Assembly (NCBI GenBank): GCA_030390025.1
Contig: CM059431.1
Span: 122,638,001 to 122,702,000, forward strand
Source: Squalus acanthias
Lineage: Eukaryota
Length of the DNA: 64,000 nt
Reading direction: 5' to 3'
In this document: positions 35,935 to 47,744 of the stretch, piece after piece
Numbering within the stretch: the first letter of the stretch is position 1
Layout of the letters: each line of letters opens with the position of its first letter
Position numbers and translations under genes: made by a program
The notes under the pieces: model-generated
The model's database searches: none
Told to the model about the DNA's origin: nothing
Seen by the model: only the letters and a program-made list of their open reading frames with translations

Positions 35935-36670
35935 GGGCAGAATTTTCATTGACCCGTGGAGGCGGGTTTGGAGGCGTGTGGGGGGTTAAAATTGCGAAAA
36001 CTGGCAGGCGGGCACAGGCCCATCTCCATCCCGCCTCCACGCAATTTTCATTAAATCGTGTCTGCTGGTCCCGACTAAGAGGCGGGATAGGCTATTAAGG
36101 CCCTTATCAAGCACTAAATTGCCTCTATAATGCCATTTTGAAAGGCCTTTGTGATTTTAACCCTTTTTCTACGTGAAGCACGTCTGTTCTGAACCACGAA
36201 TGTGAAACCTGGCGGGAGCACATTTGGATTGCTGACTATCAGCTGCAGGCCCACTATTACAAAGTCAGAAGTAGTAGTAATAGTAGCAGTAGTAGCAGTA
36301 GTAGTAATAGTAGTAGTAGGAGGAGGAGGAGAAATAATAATAATAATATGTGGGAGTGGTGGTGGTGGTGGAACAAAAATATCTGGGAGCAGACTTAGGG
36401 CTGCTGCTGCTACTCATTTTGCCTCCAGGTCCTCTCACAGCAAAGGCCAGGTAGTCTTTGCAGACCTTCAATGCAACAGCAATGATGACATCATCAGAGG
36501 CGACTTTCAGACTGAAAACACTAATTGGGTCATGGGTTCCCACATGCTGGAACTCAATTGCCCAATTAGGTGAAAATCGCATCAATCTCCCACATCCAAT
36601 TGTAGTCGGGTGGATAACACGAAAAGTGGATGACACGACCCTAACCCGCCCCAGTATCAAAATCCAGCCC
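35935..36670. mobile_element. Decayed Harbinger-type non-autonomous element with internal compound microsatellite
   Basis: Ends GGGCAGAATTTT / AAAATCCAGCCC; left end resembles 33924-34000. Confidence 0.65.
36270..36371. repeat. Compound trinucleotide microsatellite (GTA/GCA)n(GGA)n(ATA)n(GGT)n
   Basis: Directly visible. Confidence 0.9.
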
Positions 36671-36763
36671 ATTATGTTTGAGCATCTAAATCTCAAATAT
36701 ACAACTTGTGCCAAATTCAATACTTAGCGCATTAATCTCGACTACTCCAATTCCAGACACAAT

Positions 36764-37095
36764 GGGGGTGATTTTAACTCGTGGTGGGATCGCTGCATGT
36801 GTGGTCCAAAGCGGACATCACATTCTGGACGTCATGAACAAAATGCAGAAGGAGGTTTGACCGATTTTAACGGCAGGGTCTCATCTAAATGTTTTAAATC
36901 TGTCTCCCGCCCGAAGCCGGTGGAAATGATCAGGGCTGGTGAGTGGGAGCAGGAATTGGGGTGGGAGACATCGAAGTCGTTGAAGATAAAATGCCGCCGG
37001 GAGGGAATGGTGCAGCCTTGGGCCGATGAGTGGAAATGGGCGATTTTAACCCCTCCTACACACCGTTTTTGCCAGGCGGGGTTAAGATCAACCCC
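36764..37095. mobile_element. Harbinger-type MITE
   Basis: Ends GGGGGTGATTTTAAC / GTTAAGATCAACCCC; flanks AAT/TAT. Confidence 0.65.
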
Positions 37096-37125
37096 TATAT
37101 AAACCTTGAACTTCTGGGAGTAATC

Positions 37126-38204
37126 TTATGATTTTCAGTGTTGAAATAACATTGTGCTTATTTATTGGAGTTTGCATTATTTTGGGGGAAAAAATGTGTT
37201 GCAGAGAATTAACTATGTTCAATTTGTATTAATCACAAATTTACACATCCCTCATCTGCAACCTGTGATGCAAAATATGTATTTCATGTATGATTTATAG
37301 GTTGGAAACGTTTATGTTTTAGTGGCCAAACGATGTTGAGAAGCAAACAAAAAACTTGTGGCACGAGCCGGTTGTGCTCCATTCCTGCCTCAGTGGGAGG
37401 GGGAATAGGCACTTCTTGTGAGGCAGGGCCGGTGGGATGACGTTCCCCCCCCCACCAGAAATCCTGACAGTTCCATCTTTAATAGTGCCACTTTAAAATA
37501 CACCTGCATGTAGCGAGCATAGTTACTTTGCCAATGTGGCAGTAAGGGCCGAATGCTGGTTTGCTAGTCTTAATCAGTCCCAGAGTGATCGACTGCTGTT
37601 AAGAAACTGGCAATCAAGAAAAAGTTGAAAGTTTAAAAAAAAATGGACCCTTCAGCTGGAACAGCTCTGACTCCTGATGGAGCCACAAGGTGCTGTTCAA
37701 AGATTCTTGGCTCTAAGGGATCTCATCACTATCATACAATAACTTGACTTGACTTCTATATCCAGACGCACAGGGATTTATGTTGCTCCTGTGTTTATAA
37801 TAAATCAATTACTAGAGAAATCATTGTTTCATATTCTTGCTCTGAGTCACTCAGGCACCACAATGCAGGGGTGAAGAAATGGTTTGTGAAATCCAGCTTC
37901 TTTTTTCTCTGACTTACTGATAACTTTGAATAATAATTGAAGGGTTTTAAAAACCAAATAATTTTTGGTTGCTGATGTTTTTAACCAATTTTATGAATTT
38001 CAGTGGTGAAATGAAATTGTGCTTATTTATTATAGTTTGGCATTATTTTTGAAAACAAAATGCATTGCAGAGAATTAACTATGTTCAATTGGTATAAGTC
38101 ACAAATTTACACATCCCTCATCTGCAACTTGCGATGCCAAATATGTATTTAATGTATGATTTATAGGTTGGAAACGTTTATATTTTAGTGGCCAAATGAT
38201 GTTG
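37126..38204. repeat. Pair of ~213-bp imperfect direct repeats (37126-37338, 37991-38204)
   Basis: Shared TTGCAGAGAATTAACTATGTTCAATT, CACAAATTTACACATCCCTCATCTGCAAC, ATGTATGATTTATAGGTTGGAAACGTTTAT. Confidence 0.92.
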
Positions 38205-38499
38205 TATGCCTGTAATTATTTTAGATACAGGATAAGTTACTTTTATTTCAGAATAATGTCATTAGTAAGAAATGCTTGGGAGTTGGCCAGCCAAATCCAA
38301 CTCACCAGATGAATTGAAAATCTTAGCTGGAGGGTTTAGTCCCATAGCTGTGAACATAATTGCCCATAGCCAGTAACTGCTGTATTATGGACAAGTACAT
38401 TCTTAGGTCATTACAATGTAGAAATCCAAAGGATTAACTATAGGCTCTACGATGCTCAATTATCATTTCACCATTGCAAGTAGAACATCCATTGACATT

Positions 38500-38501
38500 G
38501 A

Positions 38502-38553
<52 letters not shown>

Positions 38554-38890
38554 AACTTATACAGCTCCTTTCAGGACTGAGGGCATCCCAATGTGCTTTA
38601 CAGCCAATGAAGTACTGCTGTAAGGTAGGAAGCATGGCAGCCAATTTGTGCACAGCAAGATGTCACAAAAAGCAATGAGATAATGACCAGATTATCTATT
38701 TTACTGATGTTGTCTGAGGAACAAATATTGGTCAAGACACCCAGGAGAACTCCCCTGCTCTTCTTCGAAATAGCGCCATGAGATTTTTTACATCAACCTG
38801 AGAGGGCAAATGGGGCCTCGGTTTAACATCTCATCCGGAAGACAGCACCTCTGACAGTGCAGCACTCCCTCAGTACCGCAATGGAATGTC
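38500..38890 (-). mobile_element. Deu-domain SINE (SacSINE1/AmnSINE1-like) with (TTTC)n tail
   Basis: Minus strand GCACTGTCAGAGGTGCTGTCTTCCGGATGAGATGTTAAACCGAGGCCCC...GAAGAAGAGCAGGGGAGTTCTCC matches the recalled Deu core; (GAAA)n at 38500-38554. Confidence 0.8.
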
Positions 38891-39039
38891 TAGAATAACT
38901 AGACAATGTAAAATTATTGGAGTGCTAAAGTGTGCTATCTGTCTGTAAGCATGCAGATATAAATTATGCTCCTAATATAATGAGTATGCAAAACCACATT
39001 GTTACTTGTTCCACTTGATGTTCCCAAATGACATCTATA

Positions 39040-39225
39040 TGCCTAAAAATTCATCTCGCACAGTGGTGCAAAGCGGGCGGTATCAGATCGGCCGCCTGTT
39101 ATATGCAACGCTTGATATTCAGTTCTATTGCAGTCAATGGAGCTGAATGTCAGGTGCTGCGTATAACGGGCGGCCGATCCAATACCGCCCGTTTTGCGCC
39201 ACCGCCCGGGATGAATTTCTAGGCC
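39040..39225. mobile_element. Near-fully palindromic MITE (~185 bp)
   Basis: GCCTAAAAATTCATC / GATGAATTTCTAGGC ends; internal arms CGGGCGGTAT..GATCGGCCGCC / GGCGGCCGATC..ATACCGCCCG. Confidence 0.8.
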
Positions 39226-39389
39226 ATTGTGCTTGGTTTATACCACAGCAACAATGACATACTGAAACTGATTTTTTTAATCAAAGGGAAATGAAAAGAA
39301 AATGTAAAAATAGCTCAATTGAGTAAAAGTGTTCATCAAAAACAGGTTTTAACTATCAATTTGTAAACTCTTTCACAGCAAAGTTAATT

Positions 39390-39541
39390 GGGGGTGAAAT
39401 TTGTCTCGTATGGTAGCGCAAAATGGGCGACAGCGAATCTGCAGCTCATTTTAAACTCTGCCCAATATTCTTTTCCATCAATGGAAACAAAAAACGAGCG
39501 CTGTGCAAAAGGGGCTGCCGCCCAAAATGAATTTCACCTCC
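39390..39541. mobile_element. Short decayed MITE
   Basis: Ends GGGGGTGAAATT / AATTTCACCTCC. Confidence 0.6.
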
Positions 39542-40264
39542 AAGATATTTTACCACAAAATAAATGCCAAAATTAATATTAAAGAAACCTTCATTACACG
39601 GCAAGTATGAAGCCTACTATAATGAGAATGAAGAAAGACTTAACAGAAGCAAAAATATAACAGTGAATAAATACCTCTTTAACTTTCAACTTAGTTGACT
39701 TGCCTTTGCAAAACAAAAATGATAGCTTCAGCTTTGGACACGCATTTATATTATCTCCTTACAGTTTATGTGTTGTCAGGTGAAATTAAATTATGCTACA
39801 GGCCATAGAATGATCTTTTGATCCCAAACAGAACAGCAATGCTGGTTTCACAAGGCAGTCAGGAGAAACGCTTGTTGTTTATGCACCTCAAAGATTTTAG
39901 CCATCTCCTTCAAAGATAACTTCCATGAAATCACAATATATTATTAGAATTAAGCTACTTTGAACCCTAACTTTACTTGTTAGCAGAGCGAATGAAAATT
40001 CTACATTTAAGGTTTTAATATTTTGTTTTACAATTTATGGTGCTTATTTTTAGCCATTTTTAATTTGCACTAAATCCAATGGTTTATAGGTGCTTTCTTT
40101 TGAAACTCTGTACATATCACATTAGAAGCATTCAAACAATGAAAAGTAAAGTTGCAACCATTAAAGTTTCTATAAAGGTTAATGAATTGAGCTAAATACT
40201 AAAGCATCTGCTTCAAATGTCATTATAAAATACAGATTTCTGGCATCGATGCCTGTCACACGTA

Positions 40265-40989
40265 GGGCTGGATTTTCTCAGCCCCGAGGAAGCGGGTACG
40301 GAGGCGGGACTGCCAGGAAAGTTGCAGAATTTGGGGACGGGTGGCAAACCCGCCCCCAACCCGCCTCCGTGTCCTCTTGCCCACAGGTAGTTAACAGGCA
40401 GGAAATAACATTATCCCCATTTTTTGTGCTGAAGTGCGGGCTTCCCGACCTGGGGGAACCCTGCCGAGGTGCAAGAGGTGAGTACGAGGTCTGCGGGTGT
40501 CGGAGGGGTCTGAAAGTGGGATGTAGAGGTGAGTGATGGGTGCAAGTGTGGAGTGGTAAGTATGTGAGGTGAGTGTAAAGTGTTAGAAAATGTTAACTTA
40601 CCTTTGTTTCTACCTGCAGCCTTCAGCCGCAGTGGAGCCAAAGTCCCAAACATCTCCATTGTAGAGATCACAGACTGGCTGTTGCATCCTCCGATCCAAC
40701 AGCCAGCTGATTTCTGCAAAGTAGAAAGATTTGATGAGTCCTGAACACAAGGGATCATCAAACTACACAGAATGTCCCAGTGTTTGACAGCTTCACAGAG
40801 CTGTCAAACAATGACATTTCTTCTTTCAAAAGTTCTTGACAGATGACACGTCATACGTTAATGTGCTCTGTCACTGACTTCCCCCTAATTGGCCTGCTGA
40901 GCCCGCCGGGCGGGCTTAACAAGGTCAATCAGGGGAAAATTCTGCAGCAGTCCCGCCTTCAAAAGCTTCCCATTCAGAAAATCCAGCCC
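40265..40989. mobile_element. Harbinger-type non-autonomous element, family B
   Basis: 14-bp TIR GGGCTGGATTTTCT / AGAAAATCCAGCCC; interior homologous to 33924-34765 and 48150-48993. Confidence 0.85.
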
Positions 40990-41389
40990 ATCATGTTTTG
41001 TGGTCAAAATGACTGTAAAGCTATCTTCTAAGTTGTGTAATTTGTTGTATGATAATCAGGCCTACAATGCCCAAACTTAGTAAATCCCTTTCACTAGCTT
41101 GCTCTCAATTAGAATCCTGTCAACAATTGCCTTGGATGCAGATCTTCACAGATTCCATCCTTTTCATTATTTCTACAACAGGAAATGCCTCAGTTAGAAA
41201 TTGTATTGCACCTCAAAAGCATCTTCCTTTTCACTTCACTGTCAATATAGCTTCGGAGCACTTCATATTTCTTTCCGATTCTTCCAGTACTGAGCAAAAA
41301 TTATGTGAAGGGCATTTCACTGTAAGCAAGATATCAACTGTTTAAAGAACTAAATGCCATTATTTTTGCCACAGTTGGGCACACTGTTC

Positions 41390-41545
41390 AGGGTAGATTT
41401 TCCCAGTCCTCACCTGTGCTGAGTTACCTAGCCTACCATGAGCAGGGATTGGAAAATAGGCATTGATTTGAATGGATGGAAAATAGCAGACACTGCGTCT
41501 CAGTTTTCTGATTAAAACTCAAGGTGAGCCAGGTAACTCAGCACA
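41390..41545. repeat. Decayed inverted-repeat element
   Basis: Arms TGTGCTGAGTTACCT (41416-41430) / AGGTAACTCAGCACA (41531-41545). Confidence 0.5.
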
Positions 41546-42043
41546 TTTATCCTTTGGATTCATTCACATTCAACAGCAATTTGTTTTTATTTTGCATAAT
41601 TTGAAGAAATATATGTTAATTATAATTACATATTTCATTTGTTGTAAGCTAATTGCATTGCATTGAGGTTAACCACCTTACTTTGAAACATTAGCCATTG
41701 ATTTATGTGTGAAGTTTTATGTATTGATTTTACGAAGCAACTCTTTTTTGTCTGCAGTTTCCTCCCCCCCTCCGCCTCTCCTTTCCTGAGTGCATTGGGT
41801 CCTTGCTGGGGTAGGGTTTACCTCACAGTGATCACCCTATTGTGCTTTGCTCAACTGGCCATTATCAATGTGTAGGCCTAGACAGTCAGTATTGATAGAG
41901 ATTGGACTGGGGGAACATCACAACTGAGCTCAGTTACATCCTCATTGGATGTCTACCTATGCACACATCTAGCAGGGTGACTGGATAGTGACTAGGAGCA
42001 GGACACATGTCTGAATTTCCTTTTCCTAATCTAAAGCCACTGA

Positions 42044-42427
42044 TGTGAGAAGTCGCACAACACCAGGTTATAGTCCAACAGCTTTATTTGAAATCACAAG
42101 CTTTCGGAGTGCTGCTCCTTCATCAGGTGAAGTGAAGAGATGCATATAGGCACAGCATTTATAGTCAGGGAACACTGCCAGATGATTACAGTTAATCTTT
42201 CCAACTGCCCTTTATCACACCTCGGCAGAGAGATAATCACGGCAATCAAAGGTGTGGATGGTGTCCAAACAGGTCAATATAGTGCCTACATGCATCTCTT
42301 CACTTCACCTTACGAAGGAGCAGCGCTCCGAAAGCTTGTGATTTCAAATAAAGCTGTTGGACTATAACCTGGTGTTGTGCGACTTCTCACATTTGTCCAC
42401 CCCAGTCCAACACCGGCATCTCCACAT
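42044..42427 (+). mobile_element. Short Penelope-type inverted-repeat insertion with hammerhead motifs
   Basis: 12-bp TSD TAAAGCCACTGA at 42032-42043 and 42428-42439. About 108-bp inverted arms (42043-42150 / 42283-42390); AATAAA after the ribozyme motif. Confidence 0.85.
42094..42130 (-). ncRNA. Minimal type I hammerhead ribozyme motif, intact core
   Basis: Minus strand tcac-CTGATGA-aggagcagcactcc-GAAA-gctt-gtga: stem I tcac/gtga, stem II ggag/ctcc, palindromic AAGCTT stem III. Confidence 0.78.
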
Positions 42428-42876
42428 TAAAGCCACTGAGGTCAATTGTAGTGCCTCATCTGCTGCCCTGAATAAGATCAGTGAATAAAGCTGGGATAAT
42501 AACTGGGAAGCAAAACTGGGACCTTCTTGGTCTGTGTAGCTCGGCTGCTCACTGGATAAACTCACTGAGCCAGCAGGGGAGCCAGCAATTAAAAAAAACA
42601 ATTTCATGTAGAAGTGTTGATAAAGATTAACTGTGTTGCTTCATGGTGACATAATGCATAAGTAAAGTTTAAATAATCATTTCATATTGCAAATTGTGGA
42701 ATTAATTTTAAAAGAACTATTGATTCAAATCTGTTGGTCGTAATAAAATGTGGTTAGATTGTGACTTACACAGCTGGTGGGTAAGGAGTTCAACATATTG
42801 AAAATTGCTGACTAATAAATGTTAATGTGATCCACTGCCTAACAAAGTCAATGTTTATAGTTTATCAAAAATAAAT

Positions 42877-43140
42877 GAGCGTGGCTCAATGGGTACACCC
42901 TTAAATCTGTAACAGAAGATTCTGGGTTCAGGCCCCCCACCCAGGATGTAAGCCTACTAAACTGACAGTCAATTCCAATGCAGGTACTGAGGGAATACTA
43001 CATTGTCAAAGGTGCCAACAGAAATGTTAAATTCTGTCTGCCAATTCTGATAGATGCTAACGATCCCCTGGTACTATTCAAAGAAGTGCAGGGACTTGTC
43101 CTGGTTGACATTCTTCCCTCAACTGAAACCACCATCGAAA
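42877..43140 (+). mobile_element. Decayed Deu-domain SINE with tRNA-like head
   Basis: GTGGCTCAATGGG (A-box-like), GGGTTCAGGCCCC (B-box-like), then GTACTGAGGGAATACTACATTGTCAAAGGTGCC resembling the Deu core at 38850-38880. Confidence 0.6.
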
Positions 43141-43451
43141 GTTTCTGAGAGATATGATGAGGTCCTATTTTATTGCATGGCTTTAAGGCCTGGATTTTCT
43201 GCCACTGGCCAACTGTTGTTGTATTGTAAATCAGGCTGTCTGCACTGGAAAATGGGTAAGAGATATCTCATAAGTTAGTGGCAGCCTGTCGACAACCCAC
43301 CATTTTAATTTGTGAGTTCATACACACATACATGCACACACACACACACTTTCAAAATTTGTCAATAGCAGCTAAACATTCGAAACACCCAGGTGACATT
43401 TCCAACACAAGCTCCAGATCAATAACAATCATTTTGCATTTAAAACACCAG

Positions 43452-44215
43452 GGGCCAAAAATTCGGCCCTTCCCGGGTGAGTACACAATCCGTATTCACC
43501 CGTAATGCGTCCCGAAGTGCCGGTTTCCTGCATGCACTGCGCATGTGCGGGAAACCGGAACTTCCGGTCTGGTGAAGTGGGCGGTTCCTAGGTGAACCGC
43601 GTGTGCGGTAGAGGCTGCGCGCACGCAGCGAACTTAGATTTTTTTTCAGGTTTCTACGGGAGGGTAAGTAGTGAAGAACCTACGCTTATAAAAAGGAGGC
43701 GCAGGAGCAGTTTTCAACAAGGTAAGTGGTTAATTAAGTATAATTTAAAAACATTTTCAACAGGTTTATCTTTTTTAGATACTTTAAAGAAAGGTAAGTT
43801 TATTTTTATCACTTTTAAAAAGTATTTTAATTTTTTCAAAAATTTAAATTTTTGTTTAAAGTAGTTAATTTATTTAACTATAGTTATTTTATAAATGTGA
43901 TGTTTTTTTTTTAAATTTATTTTAAGTTTAGCTGTTCTTTTGGGGCCGATCTCAATTCACAGGTTTGACAGGTCTCCTGTCAAATCTATGAAAGAAAGAT
44001 GGTCTGCTGCCATTGGCTCTCCATGGCCCACGTGATCCCAGGGGACGCATCGCACTAACTACGCCCTTGGGACACGCACACACTGCGTGCCGGCAGTTGG
44101 GAGAGGACCAGGAGCTGAAGTTCCCGTGGGCCCAAAACACAACGGCAGGCGCGGTAGGTAAGTGCGCGCGCGATCCTTACCCCCGCGGCAAGCTGGAGAG
44201 GCGAATTTCTGGGCC
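43452..44215. mobile_element. Harbinger-type non-autonomous element, family A
   Basis: Ends GGGCCAAAAATTCG / CGAATTTCTGGGCC, CAG TSD; inverted homolog of 6664-7426. Confidence 0.82.
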
Positions 44216-44287
44216 CAGATTTAAGTGGGCAAAACTTCTTATGGCCACTTTGTATATTAAATAATCAATTTTATGGGTAAGAAGAAC

Positions 44288-44433
44288 GGCCGCAAAATTT
44301 TCGGAACTGCTTCCGCTCTGCTGCCTTTACTACACCAGAAGTGCAGTGGAAACCTCATTAAACGGGTTGTTTGCCTCACTGCTGATAATGTAGTGCCAGC
44401 AGAGTGGGAGCAACTCAGAGGAATTTCACGGCT
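44288..44433. mobile_element. Short MITE related to 5555-5711
   Basis: Shared CCGCTC.GCTGC...CACCAGAAGT...GTGGAAA core; ends GGCCGCAAAATTT / GAATTTCACGGCT. Confidence 0.6.
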
Positions 44434-45242
44434 AATGTAATTTTTTTAAATGTTCCAAATGTAATTTTTAGCTGTATACACTGAACTGAGTACAGAAGGA
44501 AAAGTGCAGAAGAAATACTTGAAAGATTTGACTGATTAAATTATTTGTTTCCTATTGGTATTTACTGACGGAATCAAACTGCTTTTGATTCATTTGCATT
44601 TAGTCAATCAGATATTTGATTAGTAATTCAATAGGTAAATCCTCATTTCAAACCAATCACTACTTATTTGCCCTGTGGTTATGTGATATTTTCAGGTATG
44701 ATGCAATGAAGAGTTGTGTGAACCCTCTCAAACCACACTTTTTATGTGCGGTGCCTTGGAAAAGTATTATGCGGGACTTTTAATTACATAAATGAACCGG
44801 GGCAGACTGAGAGACAATGATAAGAGATCAGATTACAGCCTCACCTAAATAGTTCCTTCATCAAATTAGCAAGTGCTAGGAATTCTCTTTTTTGTCAGTG
44901 TTCCCTGAACTCCTTAGCTCCTGGATGCATCATCACTTCCGAAGTCATTAATTAATTCAGTAATGAAAAGCTAATTAATTAAAAAAAACTAATTGGATTT
45001 CACTAAACTGATCTATTTTTACATTAACACATTACTGCAGTACTAATAAATAACTTATTTTCAGTCTAATCAGTCAATTCTTTCATACAAATACAGCTAA
45101 TTGTAATAATTAGCTGCTGTGACTTACAATTATTACTAATTTATCCACACTCAAAGCCCAATAGCATATCCTCAATTTATATCTCTATAGTTTTGTCATC
45201 TCCCTTTTTGTGGATTTTTGCCGATTGCCTGGATTCAGCTCA

Positions 45243-46170
45243 TGGTGTTCCCCCAGAATCTGTTTTCCATTTATATAAATGATTTGAAGGTAGTCACAAG
45301 ATGACTGATACAGAAGCCAGCTGCTGATACCAAATTAGAGGACATGGCAAACTGTGAGGAAGAATGCCGGGATTAGTTAGTGGATTGAACAGACAGATGG
45401 CAGATGCGCTTCACATGCAGAGAACTATCAATTGTGGGAAAAAGAATAATGATAGAAAATATACCCCAAATGGTAGGATTCTTAACAGAGTGGAGGAACA
45501 GCGATACATGGAAGTACAAATGCTCGGATTTTAAGGTGGGAGTGCAGATAGAAAAGGCCATAAAAAGGAAAATGGGATTCTGAATTTTATAACTGGAAAA
45601 TTGAATATAAAATTAAGGGAATTATGTTGAATTTGTACAAGATTAGTTCTACTGAATAAGAGTACTACATGTAGTTCTGACACACCATTATAGGAATGAA
45701 ATTAGACCCTTAGAAAGGGTACAATGAAGATTCATTAGAATGATATCAGGAATGAGAGGCTATAATTATGTAGTAAAACTCAAACAAATGGGTGCTTTTT
45801 CACTGGAACAGAGAAGGAAGACCCAGTCAAATTTTCAAAATTATGAAAGGCTTTGCGAGGGTAAGAAGTGAAAGATTGTTTCTACTGATTGGCAAATCTG
45901 TAACAAGCAGTGTAGACGCAGGGCCAGATAGAAGATTGTTAGAGTATTAGAACATGGAATGCTTGATTACAAGTGGCCATTCAGGCAGACACTACAACAT
46001 GATTGAAAAGGGAATTGGGTACGTATTCATCAGGGAATATTTAAAAAGGATGGTTACAAAAAAATACAAGGAAAGCCAAGGGAAATGGGATTAGATAATT
46101 CCATTTGAACAGCTAGCACCAGCTCAGGCGTGAGGGGCCTAATGGCCTCTTGTGGTGAAATTATATGGTT
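45243..46170 (+). mobile_element. Heavily decayed CR1 LINE 3' portion
   Basis: GVPP...FSIYINDL, ADTKL, WQMRF and LERVQ*RFIRMI remnants. Confidence 0.7.
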
Positions 46171-47744
46171 CTATTGGGTGAAAAATGTAGATATGGCACT
46201 GGGACCACTACTCCTCAGGTGCTGCACGAGTCTGCAGTCCATGCACCTAACCATACCCCATATTGTGGGGTCAACACTATTAAATATTTTTGTAGCCCTT
46301 TCAATTCAGAGCACTTGACATGCTTGGAGCACCATAGTGGTCGGAGGCCAGAATATTGGGTACAGCAGCTATTGAGTCCAGCTGGCTGCTTTTAAAATGT
46401 CATCATAAGGCTTGGGACCCTTTGAAGGATTAGCGGTTGGAGGCTATAGAAGCAAGGTCCAGGAATAAAGGGTAACGCTATTGGAAGGAAAGGACCAGCA
46501 AAGGTGAAAAGTCCAGGTTTCTTTTATAGGGGACTCCTTGTAAAGTGCCGGTTCCAAATTGGCGCTGAGCATCAGCGGCACCGTTTAGCTCCTTCAACAA
46601 AATTGTGGGGGTGATTCCTAATTTGCATGAAACTCAGGGCCGTAATGAGCATAACATAGCATAGGGTCACTGGCTCTATGTGTCACAGGTGCTTCAGGAC
46701 ACATTGTAACATGTTACATAAACAGGACACTGAGGAGGCTTTGAGTGCTCATAATGGAAGCACCTATCACTCAATGTACTGCAGGCACCAAGCATCGCAT
46801 TATTGGTCCCGATGAGACTAAATTTTCAAAATAAAGGGGACTCTCCTATCTGTGGTAAAAGAGTTTATATATTATTTTTGAAATTGATCAAGCTTTCTCT
46901 TTCCCATGATTCTAAAGCACTTAATTAAAAAGAAATGTCCTTTCACTTTTCAACCTGCCACCATTTTTAAATTGCACCCAAGTCACTGATCATTCCTTTT
47001 GAAATAGTAATTTAAGACTTGCATCCAAGGATAACAAATTACAACTCCAATTGGTCAGAAACATTGAAATAATTTACAAATACCCTTTTTAATTAGTTAC
47101 CGAACAGTATTCCCACCTAACACCATTGTGGGACCATCATTAATACAATCAGTTCAAGGTGAAGGCACATCACCACATTTTTATGTAATTAGGCATGGGC
47201 AGCTCCTGAGAATTAAAAAAATAATACCCTGATTATTTATCTTTGATGATATTTCTCATCAATCTTTTTTAAATGTTTTGTTTAATATGTTAATTTATCT
47301 TGAGCAGCAGTGAAGCAGCAGGAGACCAGGAAAAAGGAAAAGCAAATGGAGGAGAGAGAAATGAAGTAATTTTTGTTCTGATCCATCTTAACCCAGTTCA
47401 ACACACCTTCTACTGAACATAACGAATCCTGACTTTTTAAAGTATACTCCTGGGACAGTTATTGTACATTATGAAGACACCTGTGTGATATATTAACCAC
47501 AATCACTTAATATTATGATACAACACTATAACAACAGCATTTATATAGCAGTCTTCATGGAAGATTTCTCAGGGCTTTACAATAAGGAGGAAAAGATATG
47601 GTGAACACCAAGCATAGCGAAAGGGATTTGGAATGGAGACACTAGGATGGGGAACCAAAGGCACAGTTAAGAAGAAAGTTTTGAGGAAGTTTCTGAAAGC
47701 AAGGATGGAGGTGACAAGGTGGAGGGAGCTGGGCAGGAAAAATT

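Larger units (their letters stand above)
41765..42580 (-). mobile_element. AmnSINE2-like SINE split by Penelope-type insertion
   Basis: tRNA-like head on minus strand (TGGCTCAGTGAG...CAGACCAAGAAGGTCCCAG) at ~42510-42580; body continues at 41765-42043. Confidence 0.6.

Noticed and set aside
36202..36720. ORFs with poly-Tyr/Val/Gly tracts
   Set aside because: Translation of a compound microsatellite inside a MITE.
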